A stretch of DNA of 57,421 bases, the filler included, from Dirinaria sp. TL-2023a (lineage: Eukaryota), in NCBI GenBank assembly GCA_051941275.1. It is 6 parts of 6 records of this genome, joined end to end, with 100 filler letters (N's around TTAATTAATTAA, not from the genome) between each part and the next. Parts side by side here need not be neighbours in the genome. Positions count along the whole stretch, not along the records: positions 28,780 to 38,266 come from JAVEBF010001047.1; positions 38,367 to 47,851 come from JAVEBF010001048.1; positions 47,952 to 57,421 come from JAVEBF010001049.1; 3 more parts are not named here. The stretch is one strand, 5' to 3'. Below the pieces are notes generated by a model. It had not been told where the DNA came from, made no database searches, and worked only from the letters and a program-made list of their open reading frames with translations. How positions within the stretch are numbered: the first letter of the stretch is position 1; every line of letters begins with the position of its first letter. This document shows positions 37,517 through 49,382 of the stretch, in pieces. A program made the position numbers and the translations under genes.

Positions 37517-38200
37517 TCACTGCTTCTTCTTTTCGCTCTTCAACAGAGCGACGTCGGCGACAAGGTTCCAGATATAGCCTGATATGTTCCAAGCAATGAA
37601 AGCAATGACGGCCAGATAGAGTCCTGTTGGCAGTAGGCTTTTCGGCAATATATTCAATAGGAAAGGGTCCAGGATAATGTCCACAGTTACCGGAAGAACA
37701 GTTTGCATGAGAGTTTTGTTGTTGGTGTAATAATCTGCTGCGGCAATAATTCGTAGAAGTAGGATTGAAGAAGTTTTGCTTGCAGATGCTGTGGTCGATC
37801 GTGTATAAGATTGCTCATGGGACTCCGAAAAGGATGCAAGAGAAGTGATGAGCTCGGGGGTACTCAACACTTCCGAAACGGGGAAAGTATCAAGTGTGAA
37901 TGCAGTTGGTTGAGTAGCAAGCCAGCAGATTCTCACTTCGTGCCTTTGTCCTTGTTGTAACTCATGGAGAAGGAACCATGACACAGTTCCCGACGAGTCT
38001 GGCTGCGGGAAGGAGGCAGCCAATTGCGTGCGTACAGTAGACTTGAAGGGGGTCAAGACTTCTAAATGGAGATCATCAAGGTTTGGAGGGTCTTGAGGAA
38101 TTGAAATGGCTTCAGGAGCAAGAAAAATGGTTTTCTCTACATTGGCTGAGGATGAGGCTATCCACAGGACAAAATGCATCAAGAACAGGAGGATCCGCAT
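37517..38200 (-). CDS. PGA1: Pga1-like GPI mannosyltransferase II co-activator
   Basis: Signal peptide, ANVEKTIFLAP, QRHEVRICWLATQPTAF, LRIIAAADYY, VDIILDPFLLNILPKSL, C-terminal TM and KSEKKKQ dilysine-like ER signal. Confidence 0.7.
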   Translation of the reverse strand: MRILLFLMHFVLWIASSSANVEKTIFLAPEAISIPQDPPNLDDLHLEVLTPFKSTVRTQLAASFPQPDSSGTVSWFLLHELQQGQRHEVRICWLATQPTAFTLDTFPVSEVLSTPELITSLASFSESHEQSYTRSTTASASKTSSILLLRIIAAADYYTNNKTLMQTVLPVTVDIILDPFLLNILPKSLLPTGLYLAVIAFIAWNISGYIWNLVADVALLKSEKKKQ

Positions 38201-38266
38201 AGCTTCGACACCGGACCATGGCGGTCAGCCGCGTGATAAAGTTGGCGATCGAGATTTACGTGTTAT

Positions 38267-38366
38267 NNNNNNNNNNNNNNNNNNNNNNNNNNNNNNNNNN
38301 NNNNNNNNNNTTAATTAATTAANNNNNNNNNNNNNNNNNNNNNNNNNNNNNNNNNNNNNNNNNNNN
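38267..38366. other. Artificial contig linker
   Basis: N44-TTAATTAATTAA-N44. Confidence 0.98.
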
Positions 38367-39064
38367 AACTAGATACAATAGGGGGTCCCAGGTATATATG
38401 CGTGTGTGCGGGTGTCGGGTAAACACCGCGATCGGGTTAGCGCATTACCCCTGAGAACCCTGGGAGGTGTTGCCCCAGGTAGTATACCAGGTGCATGCTC
38501 GTAACAATCAAATCAATCTTCACCCCCAAATCACACTTCTCGTTTCGCGATTTTCATTGGCTTTCGCAAAATCCACCGACAGAAATGTTATTTACCTCAA
38601 TGCTTACACGGTCCAGCCGGGATATATCGAATGCATTCCGACAACGTGCTCGTCTCTGTCCTGGAGCTTTGATTTCAGCTGCCCGAGTTTGCTCTGAGAC
38701 GCATCGTGTTCCGACTTACTATTAGCCGATGATTAGGCTTCGATTATACGCCGGAGCATGCGTCCATTTGATCGTAGCATAGAACCTACAATCAGAAATT
38801 CCACCATATCTCGGACGGGCTCGTCAACGAGGATGATTCAACCTCTGTGGCGGCGCAGCTCAATTGCATGGCTCGCTAAGCGTTCACAGCCCGTATCTTA
38901 CAGGAATCAATCACCATTAAGCATAATCTGATGAGGCTCAAGAGGTTGTATCGATAGATGAATGGATGTTGCTTGTGGAGGTTTGGGGCAACACGCGAGA
39001 AAGTCAAGGACTGATTCTTTTTGGTTGATATTGCTATACTACCCCCTACCAAATCATCTAATGC

Positions 39065-39600
39065 CTACTACTACTTTACTATTACTACTGCTGCTACTGC
39101 TTGTGTCTTCCCCTTCAAGAGCGTTTGATTGCTAGAAGCTCTTTCGATAACTCCTCGCGCCATTCTTTGCATTCTTCCAGCAGATGCCAAAATGTGACTG
39201 CATTGTTTTCCCTCCCAGTCACCTCTTTTCGTCCCAAACCATTGATAAAGTCTCTTCTAGACCACAAGCCTCAGTAAAGGCTCGTCACAGAGTTCACTCA
39301 GCTGGCTGATTCTCAGCGCAATCTTGACTTTCTACGACCTGACATTCTTACGAAGCCTAATACCTATTCTCAACCCTCCCTCCACTTCAAGTTTCTCATA
39401 GTATGATCTTCCGAGTCCCTCCCCGCTCGTCAACGCGTTTAGTCCGATCATGAAAACGAAAATCACTGCTTCCTTCAAGCGCCTCTTTCAGTAAGATGAA
39501 TAAATTGGCCGAGTCACTACCCTCTCACTCTCATCTAACGGCAAAGGAAGCCTCAAACTCTTGTGACAGCGATGGGAGAGATGATATCTAGCTGATTTTT
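39065..39600 (-). pseudogene. Decayed coding relic with RIP-like stop codons
   Basis: Reads ...PIYSSY*KRRLKEAVIFVFMIGLNALTSGEGLGRSYYEKL...NVRS*KVKIALR...LVV*KR, then after a frameshift DFINGLGRKEV...WHLLEECKEWREELSKELLAIKRS*RGRHKQ*QQ****. Confidence 0.5.
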
Positions 39601-42089
39601 ACTTCTTGAAGCGGTTTTCTTCCTTCCTTTTTTTAGGACTGATTGGATTAAATTGCGAATTCGTTTGACTCGGACGCGTTTACTAGTACGCGTACAGATT
39701 ACGATGCCAATGCTGAAGTCAAGCGATTGAAGAAATTTCTTCTGATAGTACGTTTTGTGTTCGAGTCTTATCGAGAAGTCTTCGAAGTATTTTAAATTAG
39801 CTCAAATTTCAATCTTGAAGTCTTTGTTTTAGGCATTGATGACGTGAAGTTGTCACTTCAATCATTGTATTGTTGTTCGCGCTATCTCCCATTCCTGTCT
39901 TTTGATTATCGTAGTGGTTCAAAAAGTATTTGTGCACTGGTACATTGTTCATTGCATGACGAGCCTTTTTTATTAGGGACAATTGGGCGGTCGTGAGGCT
40001 GGAGGATTGAATCGACGAGAGCTATGGTTGTGATAGCCATGATGATGAGCACGGTGAAAGCCTACGTTACTGCTTGAGGGCATTGTTCCTTGTCTGCAAA
40101 ATCATGCCTTGATGATGATGTGTTTTGGGATGGAATCGTTGAATATACTCGTAAAGTGTAGAAAAGTAGTCGGACTCCATATAGTATCCAAACTCTTATT
40201 TATTCATAGATGCGAATATCGAGCATCGAAACGTTCTCATCATTAGTGATTCTATTTATACTTGCATTGCGTGTTCTACAGAGCTTGTGCTTTAGGCCGA
40301 TGAAGTGGTTACATAATACCGAAAATAGCTAGAGTCGCTGAGTGTACCCTGTCTCCTTGGCCTATGTATGTTCTTATCAGCGCAGCAATAATTAGGGTCG
40401 ATATGCCATCATTGTGATCTAATTTATATACCTTGAAAGAGGCTTTTGAGTGGTAATAGCGATGTAGATTAATGATCATTTGGTATATTCTGAAATCAAA
40501 ACAGAAGGGGTCATAGATAATATCGACATACTTTGGTTGGGCTGAGAAACCGCGAAACGAAAATGCATCAGCAAAACTCGGAAATACTGAGAGTTAAATG
40601 CAGTATGTAAGATACTTGAAAACGGCTTATGCTCATTTTAAGCCAATGCATATGAACATATTAGCCGATGATGAAGTCTTGTGAGACATTTCCCCGTAAC
40701 CATAGCATACGTATACACAGCTGACCGCACGCACACACTTGACGAGCTGATCCAGCTGAAGAACAAACCTGTCGAATGAAGCAAGATCGACGAATGTTAA
40801 AGGGAAATATTGGGTCTAAAGACATTCTATGCTCACACGTAGATGTTCCAAAATTCCTTCGAGAACCTACCACAGACAAGCAGGACTCAGTCGTCATAAG
40901 CTAGTCAGAGACCGCCGCCCCAGGTGGAGGTCGCAATGCTGCCGAGAATGCGAATGAGGCGGTCGCTCTAATAGATTGTTTTGTTCTAGGTGTTTTAGAA
41001 ACTCTCGACATACATACTCCATGCTAGATGAAGAGGTGTAGAGAGCATCCTTTAGGTATGCCGATTTATTCCCAAGACGGGAATACGGTGGAATGATTAG
41101 GAAATGTGTGTCTGCCTCAACTTCATGATGAATCCTTTGTCATAATATATCCAGCTACTAATTAGTATGGAGTACAAAATAAGTCATTTTAGAGCCTCCT
41201 AGAACCTACTACAGCAACTGAGGAGTCTCTCTGCACAGTCACTTTAGTCCATCGACGGACCGTCCCAGTACAGCATACAGTTGTACTCGAGTTAATCAAT
41301 GTGCCGTCGAAAGATCCAATAGCGATTTGAATAGTAGGTGACCTAAGATGTTCACGAATTTCCGCACTATAGACTAAGCAATCAGTGGTTGCTATTGGTT
41401 TTTGTTCTGGCACTTTTCCGATGGGGTGGTTGCTGTTTTGAAAGATGGTGACGCTTTTTCCTCGCTGTAAAGATAAGGGAGTAGGATGATGATGAGACAC
41501 TGACAAGGTGGCTGCAATTTCTGAAATTTAAATCAAGTCTGATGACGACAGCAACATTCCGGACCTTAAGAGGGCTATTGAGTGGAGTTTTCAGAGCTGC
41601 ATTAGTGAACAGCCCAGGCTCAGGAAGGTGAAATATAAAATGGAACTGAATCACAGAAGCAGTTGTCATCTTGAATAGCCACTTATCCGCTTAGTCATTC
41701 GTGCTTTTTGCTTCAGGGACTGCTACTTGGCCGGCTAAAAATAACCGGCCAATCAGAGCACGTTCTCGCGCTTCATACATTGTCGTCAAAAAGTGAAGTT
41801 TGGTATACCTCGCCGACGTATACTTCGTGGTGGGTTCCATGTAGATCAGAAGTGACTGATTATCGTCGGCGAACATGGCTCTCGGATCACTATAGTCGAT
41901 GTTGAAGCTAGGGTTGGAATCGAGCGCCTTCTCACGCGTCGTTGAGTTTCACGCGCAACACGCACCTTAGTGACTATTGAACCGTGGATCACGACCGAGA
42001 TGGCAGTCCTTTGGGAATAGGTCTTTAAAAATCAAGAATCTCCGTCACGTCAAGTCTTGCAGTATTGGAAGAAAGCAACGACCGCCAAG

Positions 42090-43671
42090 ATGACGTACAA
42101 TATTGCTATGGTCAGCGATTTCTTCTTCCCACAGCCTGGCGGCGTCGAGAGCCATATCTACCAGCTGTCGACTAAACTCATCGATCGTGGCCATAAGGTA
42201 GTTATCATCACTCATGCGTACAAGGGTCGAAGTGGTATCAGGTATCTTACCAATGGCCTCAAAGTGTACCATGTCCCATTCCTGGTCATCTACCGCGAAT
42301 CGACCTTGCCAACAGTCTTCTCTTTTTTCCCTATCTTTCGGAATATCGTAATCCGAGAACAGATCGAGATAGTGCATGGCCATGCCAGTCTCAGTAGCCT
42401 CTGCCATGAGGCAATCCTGCATGCTAGAACAATGGGCCTTCGGACTGTCTTTACAGATCATTCTTTGTTTGGCTTTGCGGATGCTGCGAGTATTTTGACA
42501 AATAAGCTGCTGAAGTTCACTCTGAGCGATGTTGACCACGTCGTTTGCGTTAGCCATACCAGGTACGATCCGAAAATGGGAATACCTGGGCTGGGTCTGA
42601 CTAGCTCCCAGTAAAGAGAACACCGTTCTTCGCGCGTCTTTAGACCCATTGATGGTGTCAGTGATTCCCAATGCCGTGGTTGCCGAGAGCTTCGAGCCTT
42701 TATATCCCAATACGAGCAATAAGTTATCATCTTCCAGCAGCCGAGATGCACGTCCTCCGCCGCGGTCACACCAAGATCTTGGACCGCACGATACTATCAC
42801 CATTGTTGTCATCTCAAGGCTCTTTTATAACAAAGGCACGGACCTTCTAATAGCAGCTATCCCTCGCATCCTTGCCAGCGATGCCAATGTACGTTTCATC
42901 ATTGCGGGCTCGGGACCGAAGGCCATTGATCTTGAGCAGATGCTGGAGCGTCGAGTCTTGCAAGATCGAGTGGAGATGCTTGGGCCGGTCAGACACGAAG
43001 AAGTCCGAGATGTAATGGTCCGAGGCCACATCTATCTTCACCCAAGTCTAACAGAAGCCTTTGGAACCGTCATCGTAGAGGCAGCCAGCTGTGGGCTGTA
43101 CGTTGTCTGCACTCGTGTTGGAGGTATTCCAGAGGTTCTACCACCTCATATGACGACCTTTGCAAAACCAGAGGAAGACGATTTGGTGCTGGCCACGGGT
43201 AAAGCGATCGCTGCGCTTAGAGCAAACAGGGTCCGTACTGAGAAGTTCCATGACCAAGTTAAAATGATGTATTCTTGGACCAATGTAGCTGAGCGGACGG
43301 AGAGGGTGTACGACGGTATCACTGGCGCCCTTAGCGAAGAAGAGTTCTATGGAGATACCTCTGGAGGAGGCTGGTCTGCCACTCGAGGTCGTGCAGGCGT
43401 GCAAAGCTTCGCGCTCATTGATCGATTGAAGAGGTATTACGGTTGCGGGATCTGGGCTGGAAAACTGTTCTGCCTTTGTGTCATAATTGACTACCTCCTT
43501 CTCGTGTTTCTGGAGATGTGGGCACCGAGAGGGACCATCGACACTGCACGGAATTGGCCTAAGAAAGGGGACACGAGCTCGTCTCCCAACAAAGAGGAAG
43601 ACGACGAAGCAAGGCCGCTTAGAAGGGGTGTCAGAGAAGTCCAAGTTCGAAGACATAGACAATATGTCTAG
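42090..43671 (+). CDS. GPI3: GPI GlcNAc transferase catalytic subunit (Gpi3/Spt14/PIG-A)
   Basis: [68 protein letters not shown]. Intron 42563-42611. Confidence 0.96.
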
Positions 43672-44453
43672 CACCAGCCACTCAAACAAGCCAGGTCTTG
43701 CCATTGGTTCTCTTGTCAGAAATTGCATATATCTCTGGTAAAAATATTGTGCTGGAAACATCTGACGAGAATGTTTAAGGTACTATGAACAAAGAATCCG
43801 ACGAATGAGTTGATCATGCCCGATGTTGACAGTTCCTCAGGCATGAATATTCTAGCTAAAGGTGAACAAGGTCTCCTAGAAGACAAAAGCATGCCGAGAC
43901 GCAAGCTGCTCTTCCAATACAGCTTAGTCCAACATCTGTTAATGAATACCTGCTCAGAACATTTACTGTTGCACACTACTCGACTAGAGCTCGATTGTGC
44001 GATGACAACACAGTCTTGAGGCACAGCAGATTCAAGATCTTATTTTTGAATGGTACTTTCTCAATATTCTTTTACAGAACATCTTAGCCAAAGCTCCAGA
44101 GCTCTATCACTTTCACTTCGACATACAGACCGAGGCCCTTTCTTCTTGGAGCTTACAGCCCCAACTATTGCACAGTCTTGAGCAGATTCTCTAAGCTTGG
44201 ATTGGATTGGTGTGTGGAAATCCGTTTCCCCCTGGTAATTCACCCTCTGCTTGGTTCGCACCCTTTCCATCGACCAGGTAGCAACGAATCATTGGGAGTT
44301 TTTGCATTGACCTAAAACACCAGTGCAACCATAACAACGAAGCAAGCCTGAGACCTCAACGCTACCGTCGAGAACAATCCATTACACTGCCCGTCCTCCT
44401 AACCACGTTGCGTTCCTCGAATACCGGTCCGCTGTGTGCCATTCAGCGCTACA

Positions 44454-45656
44454 ATGTCTCAACGAGTTCCGCGCTTGCCTAACGAGCTGTATGCTCATAT
44501 CTTGAGCTACCTGGATGATATCCAGGATCGGAAAAACGCTCGTCGGGCCTCTTCGACGTTTGCGGCACTCGGCGCTCCATACTTGCTACAAACCGTCTTC
44601 TTTTCCTTTAATGGTTTCGATCGAGAGATTCTTCGTCAGAGCATATCTCAGAACCGCATCGCCAGAGGTGTTCGTAGCATGGTCTGCGATGATACCACCT
44701 TTCGCGTATTGCCGCAATGGCCTTCCTACTGTGATGAGCGAATGTACCTCGAGCAGCAGGAGCTGAAATAGCCGGGCCGAGCTTTACGAGAACTATCTGC
44801 AATCTTTGAACGCTGCCACAACCTCAAAGAAATTATCATTACAGATTTCCGCAAAGGCGTTCTCAGGCCGCTTTACCGAAAAGAATACAAAAAGCCTGTG
44901 GAGAAACGATATCGGTTGACCAACTCGGGTACGAGGCTGCCAAAGCCGCAAGTATGGCCCACGATCCCTAATCCAACAAACATGTGGAATGCACAGACGA
45001 CGCAATATTTTATGTTCGTGGAAATTATACGAGCATTGTCGATCACCAACCACCAGATCGATGTGCTGGATATTAAGGGACATAATACTGGTATTTCCCA
45101 CAGGATATTTATCACGGCACCTGTCGACTACCGTCATGTCACCAACGTGTTCACCTATCTGACAACAATTCACTTGACCATCGATACACACGGTTCGGAA
45201 GGACTATGGTTGGTGCTTACGTTGCGAGGTGGACGACTGGCCAGAGCGCTCAACAAAGCTAGAAACCTGAAGTCATTGGAGCTGAGGTTCATGAGCCATA
45301 ACCCGAATATGAGGCAATTTCCTCAGGAGACAGAGTTCGACTTCGGCACTGGTTTACCATCTAGAACATGGCCTGACCTTCATCATTTTGGTCTCTTGAA
45401 CGTTGAGATAGATGACCACCATGCTTTTCTCGCATTTATAGCGCGGCACGTACGCACACTAAGGAGTCTTCGTTTCGAGTGTATAGCTTTGATACAAACA
45501 ACCTGGGAAGCTACTCTAGACGACTTTTTGGCCCAGGGTGTTCAGTTGGACAACTGTCAAACGGCGACATTGTACAATGACTCCGAAGATTCCAGTGTGG
45601 AAGGTAACGAGATCATTGAATTTCTGAGGGGAAATACTGAGAACCCCTGCTCCTGA
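44454..45656 (+). pseudogene. F-box protein interrupted by one in-frame TAG (44769-44771)
   Basis: N-terminal F-box LPNELYAHILSYL. The frame continues after the TAG (PGRALRELSAIFERCHNLKEIIIT...) into an LRR-like C-terminus (NLKSLEL, WPDLHHFGL, TLRSLRF). Confidence 0.65.
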
Positions 45657-46169
45657 TTCTTGAGACCTCGAACTGGAGGTGGGCGAAGTGCTCAACTGGA
45701 ACGGTGGTATACAATCGCAATAGGGATGGGATTCAATTGGGCTTTCAAACCAACGACGGCCATGGCGTTCAGTGGCGGATTCAAAAAGGCCAAAATACTG
45801 GCATCCAATCGCCACGTACTCGGCGTTTCGAGCATATGGGATAGCATTCGCTTGTCTCTGAGCCTATGAGTCTCGACATGGCTTATGAAGCTTTGCTGGT
45901 GAGTCTCGCTATCTGCTTTTCGTGACGCTGCCACCAAATTCACGCTCCTCCCCCTTTTCCTTACTAATGACTCTCAGAGCCACATCACTGCCATGACTCT
46001 CTCCCGATTCCCTCAAAAATACGTCACTCTACGAACCCTGTCGTTGCTGATACAACCTCCCGCTAAGACCTTGTCCACTCTGGTTTCCCCCTTCCAGTCA
46101 AACCAAAGCAGGAAACCTCTTCAGTCAAACGCTAGCTACTTGACTCAAAGACAATCCCAAAAAGGATAC

Positions 46170-46379
46170 ATGTGTCGCAACATCAGAACTACCTACGTCA
46201 CCTGCGGGCACGTGCTATCTCACATGGAACACTGCTCGGGGGATGTTATGGGATGCTACACCCTCGGCCTTGAAATTCTACGAATAACGCAATACCGCGA
46301 CTGCCCGAATTGTAATCCACAGGGATATAACATCGCACATCCACCGCATGATGGGAGTAGGGCGGATCGGGGATGGTGA
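46170..46379 (+). CDS. 69-aa Cys/His-rich microprotein (MC..CGH..C..C..CxxC)
   Basis: MCRNIRTTYVTCGH...HC...GC...CPNC. ATG has A at -3; same pattern as the gene at 47511-47717. Confidence 0.65.
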   Translation: MCRNIRTTYVTCGHVLSHMEHCSGDVMGCYTLGLEILRITQYRDCPNCNPQGYNIAHPPHDGSRADRGW

Positions 46380-47510
46380 ACGACGCGATGTAGGAAATTA
46401 AAGGAAGGGAAGGACTAAGACAGAGGTGGATTGTTGCTAGGCCTACCTACAGCAGGACACCTGGATTATTTATGACATGTAAGAAAAATCCGAAGCAATT
46501 CCGAGGAATCAAATAGGGAGGCGGAACAGGGGACGTTTTTTTTTTTTTTTACACAACGGATGTCTCATATCTGGCCTCACCATAAGGTACATACATGCTT
46601 TGCGATACAAGAATCGGACTGTATGTACCTTGTGTTAAAAGCGTCTTAAAATCAAAAAAAAATCCCTCCAAATTGATCTAACCCCTCTTTCCCTCCCAAG
46701 AAATAATAAGAGAACCCCATCAAAACCTCAAAAAGTACAAACAACCCCGTACCAATCTAAATGATCAATCTACAAGCTCAACAATCTCTCTCCTCGCTCA
46801 TCTCACTCCCTTAAGGCCAGCTTGCCTTCCATCAATCCATTCCCTGGAGCCAGTTAAGAAAGCGTTCTTTCGCTACGAAAATTCTACCTTCCACTCAGCT
46901 CGGGCTTCGAAAAAGGGTCTGTTTTATATGTGATCGTGTGGGATTGTGGATTAGTGGTGGTGGTGGGTTTGGGGTTTTGTGAGGGATGTTGCTATATCCG
47001 ACATCAACCCATTTTCCTCATATTCATACTAATATTTAGAAGGGGTTTTGATTGTTATTTTTTTACTTGTTGGCATTGCACCACTTTTTTTCTCAAGAAA
47101 AAGAAGGGGAAAAAAAGGTGGGAGAAAAGGGAAGAGAGTGAGAAGAATCATGTCTTGATTTCTACGATATCTTTTTTACTAAGGTACACATTCTTGTTGC
47201 TTTCGCTACGGAAAAGCATAATTTAAAGAAGGATGGAATGGTAATGCGTTGACAGCTTTAGATCATGATAAAGGAGATTTTTTGAAGATTGGCACTGCAG
47301 TAGGTGCTAGGAATGTATTTTTTGAGCTGAGCTGAGGGCTGGTGAAGAGAACACGATATGAAGTATCTCTCGTTCTCACATTCTTCGAATCTGAATGCTA
47401 CTCGTCAAAGTAAGAACTGTCTCCATCAATAGCTAGCTCCATGCCAAAAGTCTATCATCATTTGAATTCACTGCAAGAGCTCATTGCAAGCTCCCCTCCC
47501 CCTTCTTTCA

Positions 47511-47717
47511 TCAACACCACCTCCCCTTCATCCGATCCTCCTCCTCAATCTCCTTCATGCGCGCATCGTAATAACAAGTCGGACAGACCTGTTTGAGCTT
47601 CCAGTCTGTGATCGTGTTCAGCCCGCGCGCGGTGCAGACTCTAGTGTCGTTGATGCAGTTTTGTCTCTCGGTTGTCCTGTGCTTGCAGCTGTAGATTGTT
47701 TCGGTGGTGTAGCACAT
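47511..47717 (-). CDS. 68-aa Cys/His-rich microprotein (MC..CKH..C..C..CxxC)
   Basis: MCYTTETIYSCKH...NC...VC...CPTC. Strong AAAA-ATG context preceded by a CA-rich leader. Confidence 0.7.
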   Translation of the reverse strand: MCYTTETIYSCKHRTTERQNCINDTRVCTARGLNTITDWKLKQVCPTCYYDARMKEIEEEDRMKGRWC

Positions 47718-47851
47718 TTTTAAGTATTTTGGTGGGGTGGTTGTAGGTTTTTTTGGGGTTTTTTTTTAGGGTGGTTGTGGGTTATTTTTGGGGGTTGATG
47801 GTATTGGTTTGGTGGATCTGGGGAGGATGTTCTTGGGAGCAGGAGGGGGGT

Positions 47852-47951
47852 NNNNNNNNNNNNNNNNNNNNNNNNNNNNNNNNNNNNNNNNNNNNTTAAT
47901 TAATTAANNNNNNNNNNNNNNNNNNNNNNNNNNNNNNNNNNNNNNNNNNNN
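47852..47951. other. Artificial contig linker
   Basis: N44-TTAATTAATTAA-N44. Confidence 0.98.
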
Positions 47952-49382
47952 CGGGACCTCCAATAATTCTCCGCGGGTAGCCTTGGCTCCAGAAAAATAA
48001 TGCCGAATCTAAGTACCTTCGTACCCTCCAGCCATCGTAGGTGTGGCTGGCACAGAGTGGCACTACTTTGCTCCGGAGGATTGTCCGCCAATCACAACAT
48101 CTTCATCTCGAACCGGTAAGATACATAAGAACCACCTGTCCACGCCGCACGTTAATTTGTTACTTCGGTACCTAAGAGCTGACCTGACCTTGGGCTAAGA
48201 CAGATACCAAACCTTGATGTTAACCCCCTCGCACGGTCCAGAGCCCAAGGATCGGCGACCCGTGTCGTCGGGTCTGGCTAGTAGCGTGGGGGTGAATCGT
48301 TGGGCCTGGGGGACAGTGGCCTGTCAAGTGTCAAACCTGTGCACATTGGAGCTCGAACGGGTGCTGACTGCTGACCTACCTTACCTGAAAGTAAAGTACT
48401 TTATGGAAGCAGCTATGCGAGTATGCGCGTCAGGCATCCCGCCTGTCGTCAGCAGCCTTCGCACGACGATCACATCGAAATTTTCAGGCCCGATGTAAGG
48501 TAGCTTTAAGCGCACTTGGAGAGATTCAGACGGCACTGTAGTCTGTCCTTCGGCAAGTGGAAGGCGTGGCTTGGGAGAAATCGTTTGGAAAAACTTCCTA
48601 GTATCTGAAAAGCCTCGAACCCATCTTAATTTGGAAGCCCTCGGACGCTTATGTAAAAATCTGATAATGGAAACCGCCCACTTCCAGCGGTGGACATCAG
48701 CCATCAATAATCACCATTGGGGTACTTCGAGAATGTTATGACCGCTTTGGGAAGCGATACTCCATCTACCTCAATCATGGCGTCTTGAATGGCAATAGCT
48801 CTTTACCTTAGGCTCGCCCTTCTGCGTGCCAACGCCGGGTAGATTGGACGTGGCATGACTTGCATGCTGTAGTCTTCGCATACCCGTTCGCCATGCGATA
48901 ATCGGGCCTTCCTTCCTGGATCTGCTATTGTGTGGGGGGCTGACCTGCAGCGAATCGCACGTACAGTGAGAGTGCAGAGCCTACTTTACCTTACCTCGTT
49001 GCGATCCGAATCGAACGGGAGTAGGCCGCTGCGATGTGAAAACTAACGGTTTTCGGGCCAAGCTCCGTGCTACCCCGCAATAGAAATACCTCCTTTTTCC
49101 TCTCTCAGCTAAGGCAGTCGACCTTAGCACTTTTGCGTCTACGCACGGCCCTGTAGTTCGAGAAGTTAAGGTAGAAGCCGATGTGATAATGCAGTGTAGC
49201 ATGGCAAGACGGGATTTTGACGGGCATAGTCGGATCGGGAACTACCCATGCAACAACTGCCTTCGGTCGTGCATTGTCAGCCGGTGTTGCTTAACAGCAG
49301 CACGGTCTTCAGTTCATGTAGCTGTGTAGAATTAAGACAAGTTCGACCATCACGAATGATCAGCAACTTCGGCATAACTTAC

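Noticed and set aside
40400..41900. Short minus-strand ORFs as genes or transposon fragments
   Set aside because: No transposase, RT or other domain motifs recognised, and no TIR or LTR seen.
37517..43671. Apparent GPI-biosynthesis cluster (PGA1-like next to GPI3)
   Set aside because: The genes are on different contigs separated by an artificial linker, so the adjacency is coincidental.
9543..47907. Regularly spaced TTAATTAATTAA palindromes as a biological repeat
   Set aside because: Always embedded in N runs; this is a synthetic six-frame stop spacer.
47952..49380. Short ORFs or ncRNA in the 1.4-kb region downstream of PFA4
   Set aside because: No coding motifs, snoRNA boxes or Pol III signals could be supported.
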